The notes under the pieces were generated by a model. The model was not told the origin of the DNA. It ran no database searches and worked only from the letters and a program-made list of their open reading frames with translations. A program made the translations under genes and the position numbers. DNA of 41,655 nucleotides, from contig JASFGC010000001.1 of the NCBI GenBank assembly GCA_050123975.1, positions 1 to 41,655 of the forward strand. Direction: 5' to 3'. Below, piece by piece: positions 9,207 through 19,978 of this stretch. The stretch is from Syntrophobacterales bacterium. GTDB lineage: Bacteria > Desulfobacterota > Syntrophobacteria > BM002. Every line of letters begins with the position of its first letter. Within the stretch, counting starts at the first letter, position 1.

Positions 9207-10993
9207 TCAGGGATCATTTCAGGATACTCACCTTCGACCTCGCAACCGGCAAAGGTAAGATTGTGAACATTGACGGTCGTGATACTGAAGCCGGTGGTAG
9301 TGGACTGGCAGCATTACTGTTCAACAAATATGGTCACCTCGACAAGCCTTGGGACGATCCCGAGCAGCCTCTCATTTTCACCATCGGGCCACTTACCGGC
9401 TATTTCCCCCTCATGAGTAAGACCGTGTGCGGATTCAAGTCGCCTTACCACGACCAGTACGGAGAAAGCCATGCCGGCGGCCGTTCGGCCCTTTCCCTCC
9501 GCTTTGCTGACCTCGACGGTTTGGTCGTCACCGGCAAGGCTGAAACACTCAGTTGCCTCTCAATTGGCTCGCGTCATCTTGAGCTCATGGACGTTCACTA
9601 TATGCGGGGAATTGACCTGCAGAGATCCGGAAAAATGCTTCGTAAGATGATTGGTGGCGCAGGCCATCGCTCCATCTTGCGTATCGGACCAGCAGGAGAA
9701 AATCTTTCAGCCTATGCTTGCATAACAGTGGATACCTACCGTCACTTCGGCAGACTCGGCGGCGGTGCCGTTATGGGGAGCAAGAATCTCAAGGCCATTG
9801 CGATCCAGGGCGATGGGGTGTTCCACCTCCCAGAGGGTAAAGAATATGCAGAACTCTTTGAGGAAGTGCACAAGCAGCTTACCACCACCGACATGATGGA
9901 CAAGTACCACAATCTGGGCACCCCAGTGAATGTGGCCATTCTGAACAGGATTAAGGCTTTACCCATCAGAAACCTGCAACAAACCACTGACCCGAACATC
10001 AAAGGCATCACCGGTGAAACGTTTGCCGACGACACCCTGCTGCGCAACACCGCTTGCGCAGGATGCCCCGTAGGTTGTATCCATATCGGTTTTGTTCGAG
10101 AGAAATTTATGGAGCCCAACCAGTATCTCTACCGTCAGGTCTCTTACGACCACGAACCAATCTTCGCCACAGGTTCCATGCTGGGGATGACAAATGCTTT
10201 TCGCGTTCTTAGCATCATTGACATGGTAGAAAAGATGGGGTTGGACGTGATGTCGGCCGGGGTGGCACTTGCATGGGCAACGGAAGCACTGGACAAGGGA
10301 ATCATATCGGAGAAAGAGACGCTGGTACCACTGAAATTTGATGAGGCCGAAGGATACAAGGAGGCCATCCAACATCTAGGATTGGGCTCCAATGACTTCT
10401 ATCGCCTTCTGGCGCAGGGAACCATGAAGGCGGCTGAGCAATACGGCGGGGAAGATTTCGCCTGCGTACTTGGACAGGAGATGGGCGGTTATGCCACGGG
10501 TGAGGTCTTTTTCACTTCCCAGGCTCTGGGATTCAGACATTCTCACTTGGACAGCGGCGGCTATTCTTATGATCAGAAACACGAAGACAAGAACGTGAAA
10601 AAAGCGGTGGAATTTCTGGTGCGTGATGAACAAGGCCGGGTGTTTTTGACCTCCATGGTTGCCTGCCTTTTTGCCCGTGCGGTGTACAAGGACGAGTTGC
10701 TGGCAGATTGCCTGAACTCTCTTGGTTATACGACTCTGGCTGACAATATGGACCAGGTGGCCCAAAATATTCAGAAACTGCGTTGGCGACTCAGGCTGGG
10801 TACCGGTTTTGATCCGGCAGCGGTAAAGCTCCCCAAGAGATTTACTGAAATAACCACCTGGAAAGGGGGCATCGATAAAAAATACCTTAATAATTTGCAG
10901 AAGGAATACGCCAAACGCATCGTTGAGCTCGGGAAAGAAGAAAAGAAAGAGGAAGAGAAGAAACCAAAAAAGAAGGCTAAGAAAGGAAAGTAA
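9203..10993 (+). CDS. aor: aldehyde:ferredoxin oxidoreductase family (tungstopterin enzyme) with Lys-rich C-terminal tail
   Basis: AOR N-domain signature (GGSGLAALLF, GPLTG). Cluster ligands CAGCPVGC. Length 596 aa. The tail reads KEEKKEEEKKPKKKAKKGK. Confidence 0.9.
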   Translation: MIRDHFRILTFDLATGKGKIVNIDGRDTEAGGSGLAALLFNKYGHLDKPWDDPEQPLIFTIGPLTGYFPLMSKTVCGFKSPYHDQYGESHAGGRSALSLRFADLDGLVVTGKAETLSCLSIGSRHLELMDVHYMRGIDLQRSGKMLRKMIGGAGHRSILRIGPAGENLSAYACITVDTYRHFGRLGGGAVMGSKNLKAIAIQGDGVFHLPEGKEYAELFEEVHKQLTTTDMMDKYHNLGTPVNVAILNRIKALPIRNLQQTTDPNIKGITGETFADDTLLRNTACAGCPVGCIHIGFVREKFMEPNQYLYRQVSYDHEPIFATGSMLGMTNAFRVLSIIDMVEKMGLDVMSAGVALAWATEALDKGIISEKETLVPLKFDEAEGYKEAIQHLGLGSNDFYRLLAQGTMKAAEQYGGEDFACVLGQEMGGYATGEVFFTSQALGFRHSHLDSGGYSYDQKHEDKNVKKAVEFLVRDEQGRVFLTSMVACLFARAVYKDELLADCLNSLGYTTLADNMDQVAQNIQKLRWRLRLGTGFDPAAVKLPKRFTEITTWKGGIDKKYLNNLQKEYAKRIVELGKEEKKEEEKKPKKKAKKGK

Positions 10994-11015
10994 AGAATCC
11001 GGATTCAAAGGACCC

Positions 11016-11086
11016 GATCTCAGGGTTTCAGGTGTCGGGTGTCAGGTGTCAGGAAAGAAAAACAAAAACACTGAAATCTGAGACCT
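11016..11086. repeat. hairpin-type repeat: CAGGTGT heptamer arm, purine-rich loop, inverted arm
   Basis: ggtttcaggtgtcgggtgtcaggtgtcagg / aaagaaaaacaaaaaca / ctgaaatctgagacc, immediately 3' of aor. Confidence 0.8.
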
Positions 11087-11209
11087 CCACAAAAGCTCGC
11101 AATCTTTACTACAAATCGAATGGGCTCTGATTTGGCCTTAAGGACCAGGTTTTCGATATTGAACAAAAAGCTGAAAGCTGACCACTTACAGCTCATATGA
11201 AAGGTTTAA

Positions 11210-12148
<939 letters not shown>

Positions 12149-12150
12149 TG

Positions 12151-12197
12151 AGCTATCAGCTATCAGCTTTCAGCCGTCAGCGATCAGCGGTCAACTG
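12151..12197. repeat. tandem heptamer array (6 degenerate units, GC(T/G/C)NTCA)
   Basis: gctatca gctatca gctttca gccgtca gcgatca gcggtca, starting 3 nt after the ldh stop. Confidence 0.9.
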
Positions 12198-12236
12198 ATA
12201 TGTTTTTCCTTCAAGAAGCCGAACTCTGACAATGTA

Positions 12237-12400
12237 GATTTCGGATTGGCGATTAACGATTAGCGTGTCTTGCGAAGAAATTGGATATCTTGCACTCAAT
12301 CACGATTTTAAGAAAAAAACTAAACCGTAAATCCGAAATCCAGAATTTAGAATCAATCTTCGTTTTTAAATCCGCAATCCGCATTCCGCATTCCACAATC
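12237..12400. repeat. inverted pair of GATTNNC / GCAATCC heptamer arrays flanking ~100 bp upstream of fba
   Basis: The left arm at 12237-12265 reads gatttcg gattggc gattaac gattagc. Right arms at 12328-12358 and 12368-12400 read aaatccg caatccg cattccg cattcca caatc. Confidence 0.8.
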
Positions 12401-12413
12401 AAAAGGAGACATC

Positions 12414-13445
12414 ATGCCCGTTGCTGATTATGAAACCTACTGTAGAATGCTCGATAGAGCATTTGAAAAGAAGTTTGCCTACCCAGCCATAAACGTTACC
12501 TCCCTAACCACGGCTAACGCCGTTTTGAAAGGTCTTGCCGAGAGTCGATGCGACGGCATTATTCAGGTCTCAACCGGTGGTGGTGCATTCGCCTCAGGTT
12601 CCTCGGTTAAGGACATGGCCCTTGGGGCCATTTCAATTGCCGAACACGTGCATCGGGTTGCGGAGCGCTACGACATCTACGTTGCCCTTCATACTGACCA
12701 TTGTCAGGCAGATAAACTTGACACCTTCGTCATTCCCCTCATCGAGGAGACGGAGAAGCGTCGAGCGGCAGGGATGTTAAACCTCTTTAACAGCCACATG
12801 TTCGACGGCAGCGCCCTGCCTTTAAAGGAGAACCTGGACATTGCCGTGCCATTGCTGGAGCGCTGTCGCAAGAATGAAATCATTCTGGAAATCGAGGTTG
12901 GAGTAGTAGGGGGTGAAGAGGATGGTGTCAAAGCCGAGGGACCGGCAGACAAGCTCTATACAACACCGGAAGACATGCTCGAAGCAGCAAAACGCATGAA
13001 TGAAGTCAAGGGTGCACGCTATCTGGTGGCGGCAACCTTTGGTAATGTTCACGGAGTTTACAAGCCGGGTCATGTGAAACTCAAGCCGTCGATTTTAAAG
13101 GATGGCCAGGAGGCTCTGGAGAAGACCTACGGCAAGGAAGGACTTTTTTATCTGGTATTTCACGGGGGATCGGGTTCATCCCTGGACGAGATTCATCAGT
13201 CTCTGGACTATGGTGTGGTGAAGATGAACATAGACACGGACACTCAATATGCCTTTTCCCGCCCCATAGCAGACCACATGCTGAAGAATTACGACGGGGT
13301 GCTCAAAGTGGATGGAGACGTGGGGAACAAGAAAACCTATGATCCCCGTGTCTATTTGAAGATGGCCGAAGAAGCCATGGCAGAGCGGGTAAAAGAGGCC
13401 GTGGATAATCTGAGGGGGAAAGGTACGACTCTGGCTGGTGCCTAA
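12414..13445 (+). CDS. fba: class II fructose-1,6-bisphosphate aldolase
   Basis: FAYPAINV, IIQVSTGG, HTDHC and HGGSG motifs. RBS aaaggaga. Confidence 0.9.
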   Translation: MPVADYETYCRMLDRAFEKKFAYPAINVTSLTTANAVLKGLAESRCDGIIQVSTGGGAFASGSSVKDMALGAISIAEHVHRVAERYDIYVALHTDHCQADKLDTFVIPLIEETEKRRAAGMLNLFNSHMFDGSALPLKENLDIAVPLLERCRKNEIILEIEVGVVGGEEDGVKAEGPADKLYTTPEDMLEAAKRMNEVKGARYLVAATFGNVHGVYKPGHVKLKPSILKDGQEALEKTYGKEGLFYLVFHGGSGSSLDEIHQSLDYGVVKMNIDTDTQYAFSRPIADHMLKNYDGVLKVDGDVGNKKTYDPRVYLKMAEEAMAERVKEAVDNLRGKGTTLAGA

Positions 13446-13526
13446 TTTCAGGTGCCAGGTGTCAGGTTTCAGGTGTCAGGGAAGAAGAACAACAGAACTG
13501 AAACCTGAACACTGAACACTGAAACC
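13446..13526. repeat. hairpin-type repeat: CAGGTGT/CAGGTTT arm, purine-rich loop, inverted CTGAACA/CTGAAAC arm
   Basis: tttcaggtgccaggtgtcaggtttcaggtgtcagg / gaagaagaacaacagaa / ctgaaacctgaacactgaacactgaaacc, immediately 3' of fba. Confidence 0.85.
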
Positions 13527-13558
13527 TTAATCATTCTGATTTGTGAGGGAATACAACC

Positions 13559-15238
13559 GTGGAAGAAACAACCAGAGCTCATAAGGCGAGGCTGGCAATC
13601 AGAACATTCAAGATCGTTGCTGATGCTCTCTTTTTGAGGGGAAGTTATGCCCTGGGGGGAAAGTCCGGCCAGGCACTGGAAGATGCACTGCGAACCCTCA
13701 GCCCCGAAATCTACGGAAGCATGAATGACCCAAAGAGTATCGAACTCAAAGGGCTGGAGTACATTCTGGACAGACTCCCGAGGGGCATCGAAGAATGTCA
13801 TCGATTTGTCTTGACCGCGAAAGAAGATCTGGATGGCACCTCGTTTGAGAAAATCCAACCACCCAAGCGAAGAAGGATTTCCTATCGTGTTAGTGAGAAC
13901 GAAATGTGTTTTGTTATCACCCGGGGTTCCAGTGAGATCTACGACATCCTCACCCATATGACCTTTCTCTACCTAGAAGCGAAAAAGCTGCATGACCGCA
14001 TGAGAGATGACAGTGGCAATCCAACCATAGAATGGAGAGAGCTTGAAAAGATCGTTGGTTCGGGGGCTGACTTAAGCGGTAAGGACCTGGATCGAGCAAT
14101 CTGGAGCTTGAGCGTTCTTCTTGGTAGGCCTTACCATGAAACTAAGGAGACCTATGAATATTTTGAAAATAGCAGAACCAAAGCGAACGCCAATAACGGT
14201 CTTTTCAGTATTGTCTATAACCTTGGGAAACGTGTGGAGGATGAGCGAGAGAATAACGACATGTTCACAGTATACTTCACCCCTTCTCTCATAGATGTAA
14301 TGCTGCATCAAGTATACTGTAAGAGATGGGCTGCATCGATTAAAGATGCAATATGGAACCTTGGACTCCAGAATCGTCCTTTGCACATCATCAGCGCAAA
14401 CATGCACAGCGTATTGAATCTGTTATACGGTTACGGTGCAGTGAAAGATGAACAAAAGAAAAAAGACAGTGAAGAACTCTATACCTTTATTCAAGATATC
14501 AGTGATGAAGCAGGACTGATAAAAGAGTATGCGGCAAAGCACGGTTTCAATGAGCTGCCGGACAAAAGTGGAGCCCAGATTGATTGTCAACTCATTGATA
14601 CTGCCATGCTCGAATCCGTTGATTTTCACCCCGCAATAGCTGTGGACAAGAACCGTCTTTTTAGCGAGAAACCGGTGCTCTTAGTCATGGACTATGCTTT
14701 CGGGACCCAGGCATTCTCAGCCATGGATGAGCTTCTTCGACCTTGGGAAGAAGAAGACTCTCAGCGAATGCTCAATGTACATTCCGTCTCGGTGATGGGA
14801 AAAGCAGGCATCCTACCCGGACAGAAGGGGGACATCATGCTGGCATCCGCCCACGTGCTCGAGGGGGTGCCTCACACCTACATTGTAGAAAATGATCTGA
14901 GCAGAGAAAATTTCGACGACTCCGCGAACGTTTACGTTGGGCCCATAGTTACTGTTCTCGGCACTTCACTTCAGAACAAAGATGTTCTCGAAATGTTCCA
15001 AACCACGACCTGGAGGGCGGTTGGCTTAGAGATGGAGGGTGGCCACTACCAACGCGCGGTGGATGCTGCAATAGTTCGTGAGCACATCTCAAAAGACGTC
15101 AAGGTGAGATATGCCTACTATGCTTCGGATAACCCGCTCAAGAGCGGCCAGACCCTTGCTGCAGGCCCCCTGGGGAAAGAAGGTATTCGACCCACCTACA
15201 TGATAACCAAGGCCATTTTAAAGAAAATACTTACGTAA
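13559..15238 (+). CDS. unknown protein with a C-terminal nucleoside-phosphorylase (PNP_UDP_1 / AMP-nucleosidase-like) fold and a ~330-aa uncharacterised N-terminal region
   Basis: The C-terminal blocks are VLLVMDYAFGTQA, VSVMGKAGIL..GDIMLASAHVLEG, VGPIVTVLGT and AVGLEMEGGHY. They line up in order with the remembered E. coli Amn blocks ITLVNIGVGPSNA, MIGHCGGL..GDYVLAHAYL, TGTVVTTDD and AVAIDMESA. GTG start with GAGGGA upstream. Confidence 0.45.
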   Translation: MEETTRAHKARLAIRTFKIVADALFLRGSYALGGKSGQALEDALRTLSPEIYGSMNDPKSIELKGLEYILDRLPRGIEECHRFVLTAKEDLDGTSFEKIQPPKRRRISYRVSENEMCFVITRGSSEIYDILTHMTFLYLEAKKLHDRMRDDSGNPTIEWRELEKIVGSGADLSGKDLDRAIWSLSVLLGRPYHETKETYEYFENSRTKANANNGLFSIVYNLGKRVEDERENNDMFTVYFTPSLIDVMLHQVYCKRWAASIKDAIWNLGLQNRPLHIISANMHSVLNLLYGYGAVKDEQKKKDSEELYTFIQDISDEAGLIKEYAAKHGFNELPDKSGAQIDCQLIDTAMLESVDFHPAIAVDKNRLFSEKPVLLVMDYAFGTQAFSAMDELLRPWEEEDSQRMLNVHSVSVMGKAGILPGQKGDIMLASAHVLEGVPHTYIVENDLSRENFDDSANVYVGPIVTVLGTSLQNKDVLEMFQTTTWRAVGLEMEGGHYQRAVDAAIVREHISKDVKVRYAYYASDNPLKSGQTLAAGPLGKEGIRPTYMITKAILKKILT

Positions 15239-15298
15239 CCACTTCTCCCAACTCCCTTTAGTGAAAGGGGGGCTGGGGGGATTTCAGGAGAGAACTCC

Positions 15299-16726
15299 AT
15301 GCAACTTCCAGCCAGCAAGACCAAGATCGTCTGTACCATCGGACCTGCCTCTGAATCAGTAACGGTTCTCGAAAAAATGATCCGAGCCGGAATGAACGTG
15401 GCGCGGCTCAACTTTTCCCATGGAGACTTTGACAGTCACAAAAAGGTAATCGACAACATCAGGGCCGCAGCAGGCGCGGTGGGGAAACGCGTGGCAATTA
15501 TGGCTGACCTGCCGGGCCCCAAAATGCGTATCGGCCAATTGGCTGAAGAGCCTATTGAGTTGGTCCCCGGAGATTTTTTCTCACTTACCACCGAAGAAAT
15601 CGTTGGAGACAATAAGCGAGTCTCCATGAGTTTTCCGCGGTTACCCCAAGTAGTGAAAAAGGGGGACATTCTGTTTCTCAACGACGGTCTTATTCAGCTT
15701 GAAGTTGCAACGGTCGAGGGTAACGATGTCCAGTGCCAGGTCCTGGTGGGAGGTGAATTGCGCTCCCGCAAAGGATTAAATATACCCGACATTGATCTTG
15801 GCATGAGCGCTTTCACAGATCGTGATCACGAGTGTCTCGAGTTTGCCATGGAGCAGGGTGTGGACGCGGTAAGTCAGTCTTTTGTCGAATCCGCGGCTGA
15901 CATTGAGGCCGTTCGCAACGCTGCCAAAGCATTGGGCCACGATCCTTTTATTATCGCCAAGCTGGAGCGCACGCGGGCGCGAGAACAGTTAGACGCTATT
16001 TTTGAGGCCGCAGACGGGATCATGGTGGCCCGGGGAGACCTGGGGGTGGAAATGCCCATCGAGCGGATCGCCGTTGCCCAGAAAGAATTAATCCGGAGAG
16101 CAAATCTGCTGGGCAAGCCGGTGATCACCGCCACCCAGATGTTGGAATCCATGGTAAGGAACCGTCGGCCCACCCGAGCTGAGTCCACTGATGTCGCCAA
16201 CGCTATCCTAGATGGTACTGACTGCGTCATGCTCTCGGAAGAGTCGGCAATGGGTAAGTATCCAGTGGACGCTGTTGCCATGTTGGTCAAGATCGCTGCC
16301 GAAATTGAGCCTTATCGCCCAGGTCTTCGGGCGCGAAGTATCCTGAAGGAGTATGATCATAAACGCGACATCAGTACCAGGGATCTCCTCACCATGAGCG
16401 TCGAGACCATGGTGGAGAGTGTTGAACCTGCGTTGGTCCTGGTGCCAAGTTTGACCGGTGGAACAGCGAGAAGCATTACCCGATTTAGACTGCCGGTCTG
16501 GATCGCTGCGGTGAGCTCTGACAAGAGAATTTGCCAACAACTCACCTTCTCGTACGGCATTTACCCAGTCTTTGAGTCCGATCCACCCGAGGTCTGGAAC
16601 GATTTCGTTCGTGACTGGCTGAGGTCGCACGGGGTGGATGGTGACTTCGTCGTTTTGTCCACAGGACCATCGCCCAAGTACCCTGATGCAAATAACCGTA
16701 TTGAGATCATTGATCTGAAACATTGA
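15299..16726 (+). CDS. pyk: pyruvate kinase
   Basis: KIVCTIGPAS, MNVARLNFSHG, MVARGDLGVE and ITATQMLESM motifs. Confidence 0.95.
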   Translation: MQLPASKTKIVCTIGPASESVTVLEKMIRAGMNVARLNFSHGDFDSHKKVIDNIRAAAGAVGKRVAIMADLPGPKMRIGQLAEEPIELVPGDFFSLTTEEIVGDNKRVSMSFPRLPQVVKKGDILFLNDGLIQLEVATVEGNDVQCQVLVGGELRSRKGLNIPDIDLGMSAFTDRDHECLEFAMEQGVDAVSQSFVESAADIEAVRNAAKALGHDPFIIAKLERTRAREQLDAIFEAADGIMVARGDLGVEMPIERIAVAQKELIRRANLLGKPVITATQMLESMVRNRRPTRAESTDVANAILDGTDCVMLSEESAMGKYPVDAVAMLVKIAAEIEPYRPGLRARSILKEYDHKRDISTRDLLTMSVETMVESVEPALVLVPSLTGGTARSITRFRLPVWIAAVSSDKRICQQLTFSYGIYPVFESDPPEVWNDFVRDWLRSHGVDGDFVVLSTGPSPKYPDANNRIEIIDLKH

Positions 16727-16730
16727 TAGG

Positions 16731-16864
16731 GGATTTTGGATTGCGGATTGCAGAATCGAAGGTTTCAGGTGTCAGGTGTCAGGAAAAAGAACAATAGAAG
16801 CTGAAACCTGAAACCCAGAGATTTCTCCTTCGGAGTCCCCACCCTGCGGGCGGGGCCCCGGTTT
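16731..16864. repeat. composite intergenic element: GGATTGC units, then a CAGGTGT hairpin module, then a 47-bp GC-rich module
   Basis: The first part reads ggattttggattgcggattgcagaatcg. The hairpin module reads ggtttcaggtgtcaggtgtcagg-aaaaagaacaatagaag-ctgaaacctgaaacc. The GC-rich module reads gagatttctccttcggagtccccaccctgcgggcggggccccggttt. A near-identical copy lies at 25140-25243. Confidence 0.9.
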
Positions 16865-16933
16865 TGTGTTTAGAATTGAAGATTTGGACTTGAAAACAAT
16901 AAAGCATGAACGGGCTCTGTTACTACCTAAGCG

Positions 16934-19078
16934 ATGGATGAGGTCCAGAGAATGAGCGAAACAGCTGCACTCATTGACAAGGTTAAGAATGGTTTCCAGG
17001 CATTGGACGTTTCGGTTGAACATCAACGTGAAGCTCTGAAATGGCTCGAGATCTGGCTGACTGACGATATCTTTCGTGATTACGTCCCGCAAATAACCTA
17101 TCTGATTGAATCGGAGAAGTGGAATTTCTTACTGGACTCTTTTTATCAGGTCATTCCCTTTGGTACCGGCGGCAGGAGAGGGTTGGTCGGCATTGGTCCC
17201 AATAGGATCAATCCCTGGACCATCCAAGCCTCCGCCCAAGGCCATGCCCAGTATCTCATCAACCAGCATGGAAAAGAGGCGCAAGAAAGAGGGGTGGTCC
17301 TCAGCTATGATGTGAGGCAATACACTCAGAGAGGAGTGTATGACGACAGCCTTGCCAATCCAATCATGAATCTGGACGGTCCTCAATTGGCAGAAGCGGC
17401 AGCGGCAGTGTATGCTGCCAACGGTATAAAAGTGTATATCTTTGATGGTGCCAGGAGCACGCCGGCCCTCTCCTTCGCCATACGTCACCTGAATGCTGTC
17501 TCAGGAGACATGTTCAGCGCCAGCCATAACCTGCCTACCGATAACGGCAAGAAAGTGTACGACCAACATGGCGGCCAGTTAATACCACCAGACGATCAGA
17601 TTCTGGTTGATGAAGTGACCAAAAATGTCAAAGAAATAAAGATTATGAATTTCGGCGAAGCAAAGGAGAAGGGGTTAATTTCATATGTCGGTGAAGAAGT
17701 TGATATGGCCTTTCTGGAGGCTATCTGTAACATTTCTCTCTCCGAAGAGAGGGGCGTAGACATATCGTATGCTCCTCTCCACGGCACCGGGCTGAGTTCC
17801 ATCTATCCGGCCTTACAAAAGCTCGGATTTAACGTCACCCTCGATGCGCGAACATCCAACCTGAGTGGTAATTTCGAAAACGTCACCTTCAACATACCAA
17901 ATCCGGAAGTGATTGAATCATTTGAAACTTCTATTCCCTTTGCTCAAGAAATCAATGCTGATCTCATCATTAGTTCTGATCCCGACGCAGACAGAATTGG
18001 CGTCATGGCCAGGCATCATGATTCATATGAGTTTGTCAACGGCAATGAAATCGGCATAGTGTTAACCAATTACGTTATCTCCAAGTACAAAGCCAAGGGA
18101 ATTTTAAACCCAAACAGTGTGGTCATAAAAACAGGAGTAACCACCTCATTAATAGAAGGAATTGCGCAAGAAAATAACATTCACTGCATCGGCGATCTCT
18201 TGGTTGGTTTTAAGTATATCGGCGATGAAATGAACAAGCTCGAGAACGATGGAAGAATTCAGGATTTCATTATCGGCGCCGAAGAGAGTCACGGTATTCT
18301 GACCGGAGATTATTGTCGAGATAAAGATGCGGCAGGCGCCGCTGTCTGGATAGCTGAACTGGCTGCTGAATTGAAAAAAGATGGCAAAACATTAATCGAC
18401 TATCTCGATGAAATCTACTGCAAGTATGGCTATTGCCATAATTACTTGACTGAGATCAGGCTCTTGGGTGCCAAGGGCATGGAACAGATTGCGGACATCA
18501 TGACCCATCTCAGGGATAATCCAGTTGAATCTTTTGGCGAATTTTTTGTGCAAGAAAAAATCGATCGTTGGCAAGGCGAACCTCAGCCCCATCTATCCAT
18601 CACCGATACCGCCTCGAGAAATGTTCTGATATTCAAGATTGACAGACTACCAGATACTAAATCCATCAAAGTTACCGTTCGCCCATCAGGGACTGAACCA
18701 AAAATAAAAATGTACTTTGAAGTGTATGGTGAACCCTGTGATTTAAAGAATATTGATGCTGAAAAGCAGAAAATCGTCGAGATGAGAAACAGATTGGAAA
18801 GAGCGTTCATGCTCTATTGCTATAGAATATTAGGCGTTGATTTTCCGGAAAGAGGTTTTTTGTTGTTTTGGCAGTTACCGCTCAATGACAAGCTGAAATA
18901 TTTTGAAACAGAAGAAGAAATCATTCAGTTAAAAAACATTCAAGATCTAGAAACCAGAAAAAAAGAGCTCTATGACCTGCTTGAATTCCTCGGTGCCGAC
19001 CCGATTGCAAAAGTGAATGATGCCTTCAAGGAAAAGTATAAGAAAAGCATACATGAATATTTAGATATAGTGCGATAG
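16934..19078 (+). CDS. alpha-D-phosphohexomutase family protein (phosphoglucomutase/phosphomannomutase-like), long form
   Basis: FGTGGRRG loop, active-site Ser block FSASHNLPTDNGKKVY, metal loop SSDPDADR, and EESHG. An alternative start lies at 16952. The ~100-aa C-terminal extension is unassigned. Confidence 0.8.
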   Translation: MDEVQRMSETAALIDKVKNGFQALDVSVEHQREALKWLEIWLTDDIFRDYVPQITYLIESEKWNFLLDSFYQVIPFGTGGRRGLVGIGPNRINPWTIQASAQGHAQYLINQHGKEAQERGVVLSYDVRQYTQRGVYDDSLANPIMNLDGPQLAEAAAAVYAANGIKVYIFDGARSTPALSFAIRHLNAVSGDMFSASHNLPTDNGKKVYDQHGGQLIPPDDQILVDEVTKNVKEIKIMNFGEAKEKGLISYVGEEVDMAFLEAICNISLSEERGVDISYAPLHGTGLSSIYPALQKLGFNVTLDARTSNLSGNFENVTFNIPNPEVIESFETSIPFAQEINADLIISSDPDADRIGVMARHHDSYEFVNGNEIGIVLTNYVISKYKAKGILNPNSVVIKTGVTTSLIEGIAQENNIHCIGDLLVGFKYIGDEMNKLENDGRIQDFIIGAEESHGILTGDYCRDKDAAGAAVWIAELAAELKKDGKTLIDYLDEIYCKYGYCHNYLTEIRLLGAKGMEQIADIMTHLRDNPVESFGEFFVQEKIDRWQGEPQPHLSITDTASRNVLIFKIDRLPDTKSIKVTVRPSGTEPKIKMYFEVYGEPCDLKNIDAEKQKIVEMRNRLERAFMLYCYRILGVDFPERGFLLFWQLPLNDKLKYFETEEEIIQLKNIQDLETRKKELYDLLEFLGADPIAKVNDAFKEKYKKSIHEYLDIVR

Positions 19079-19099
19079 AGGATTGCTCCCGCGCGCCGT

Positions 19100-19142
19100 C
19101 TCCCGCCCAAGGCGGAGTCAAATAGCGGGCGGGGACCCGCCC
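19100..19142 (+). terminator. two GC-rich hairpins 3' of the mutase gene (terminator-like, no U-tract)
   Basis: ctcccgcc-caag-ggcggag (one bulge) at 19100-19117, and gggcgg-ggac-ccgccc at 19127-19142. Confidence 0.3.
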
Positions 19143-19229
19143 CTACTTCACCACTCTTAGATAACTCCCTCCTGGCAAAACACTTGACCTCTGACCCCTA
19201 TTTGGTTTACCAAGGTGCAACGGTAAATT

Positions 19230-19949
19230 GTGATGAGTGAGGTAGGTATGGACGCAGACGAAAAAACGTGTCTTCCCTTCAGCCGGGTCTGCTTTAGGGA
19301 AAGATTTTCAGGTCTGCTCATCTTCATCATGGCTATTCTTATCCTTGGACCTCTCGTTGATGAGTTTGTCCAAATACGTATCTTCATAGACATCCTTTGG
19401 ACTGCTGTTTTTGCATCCGCCATTTATGCAGTCAGCCAAAAGAAACATCATATCATTATTGCCGTACTGCTTGCTCTGCCCATGCTGGGGGGATTATGGT
19501 CCAGACATTTTGTGGGGCATCACTCTCTGCAGGTAGTGGGTTACCTGTGCGGAGCTGCCTTTATTCTTTTTGCAATTATTCAGATGCTGATCTTTATCTA
19601 TAGTCACAAGGAGGTCACCAGAGATCTTATCATCGGTGCGGCGGTAGTCTATTTGCTCATGGCCATAATGTGGACATTCGTTTTCATCGTTGTGGAGACA
19701 CTTCACCCCGGCTCATTTAACCTCCCAGAGGGTCAGAGTATAGAGACCGGCGAACATTTTATTTACTTTAGCTTTGTCACTTTAACCACCCTGGGCTACG
19801 GTGACATTACCCCCGTGACGAGACTGGCAAGAAATTTGTGTACTCTCGAGGCAGTGATCGGCCAACTCTACCTGGTAGTGCAGGTTGCCTGGCTGGTGGG
19901 TGTCCATGTTTCCCAATCAATGCTGAAGAGAGCCGGACGGGATGATTGA
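19230..19949 (+). CDS. potassium channel family protein (multi-TM N-terminus + pore loop)
   Basis: Selectivity filter TLTTLGYGDITP, flanked by hydrophobic helices. Confidence 0.8.
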   Translation: MMSEVGMDADEKTCLPFSRVCFRERFSGLLIFIMAILILGPLVDEFVQIRIFIDILWTAVFASAIYAVSQKKHHIIIAVLLALPMLGGLWSRHFVGHHSLQVVGYLCGAAFILFAIIQMLIFIYSHKEVTRDLIIGAAVVYLLMAIMWTFVFIVVETLHPGSFNLPEGQSIETGEHFIYFSFVTLTTLGYGDITPVTRLARNLCTLEAVIGQLYLVVQVAWLVGVHVSQSMLKRAGRDD

Positions 19950-19954
19950 TTGAG

Positions 19955-19978
19955 GATTTGCGATTGCGGATTGTGGAC
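19955..19978. repeat. short GATTGCG heptamer array between convergent genes
   Basis: gatttgc gattgcg gattgtg gac. Confidence 0.75.

Noticed and set aside
19173-19187. Sigma-54-like TGGCAAaacacTTGA upstream of the K+ channel gene
   Set aside because: The -12 element has GA instead of the near-invariant GC. No GGAAC-N5-GTTCC palindrome or IHF-like site accompanies it.
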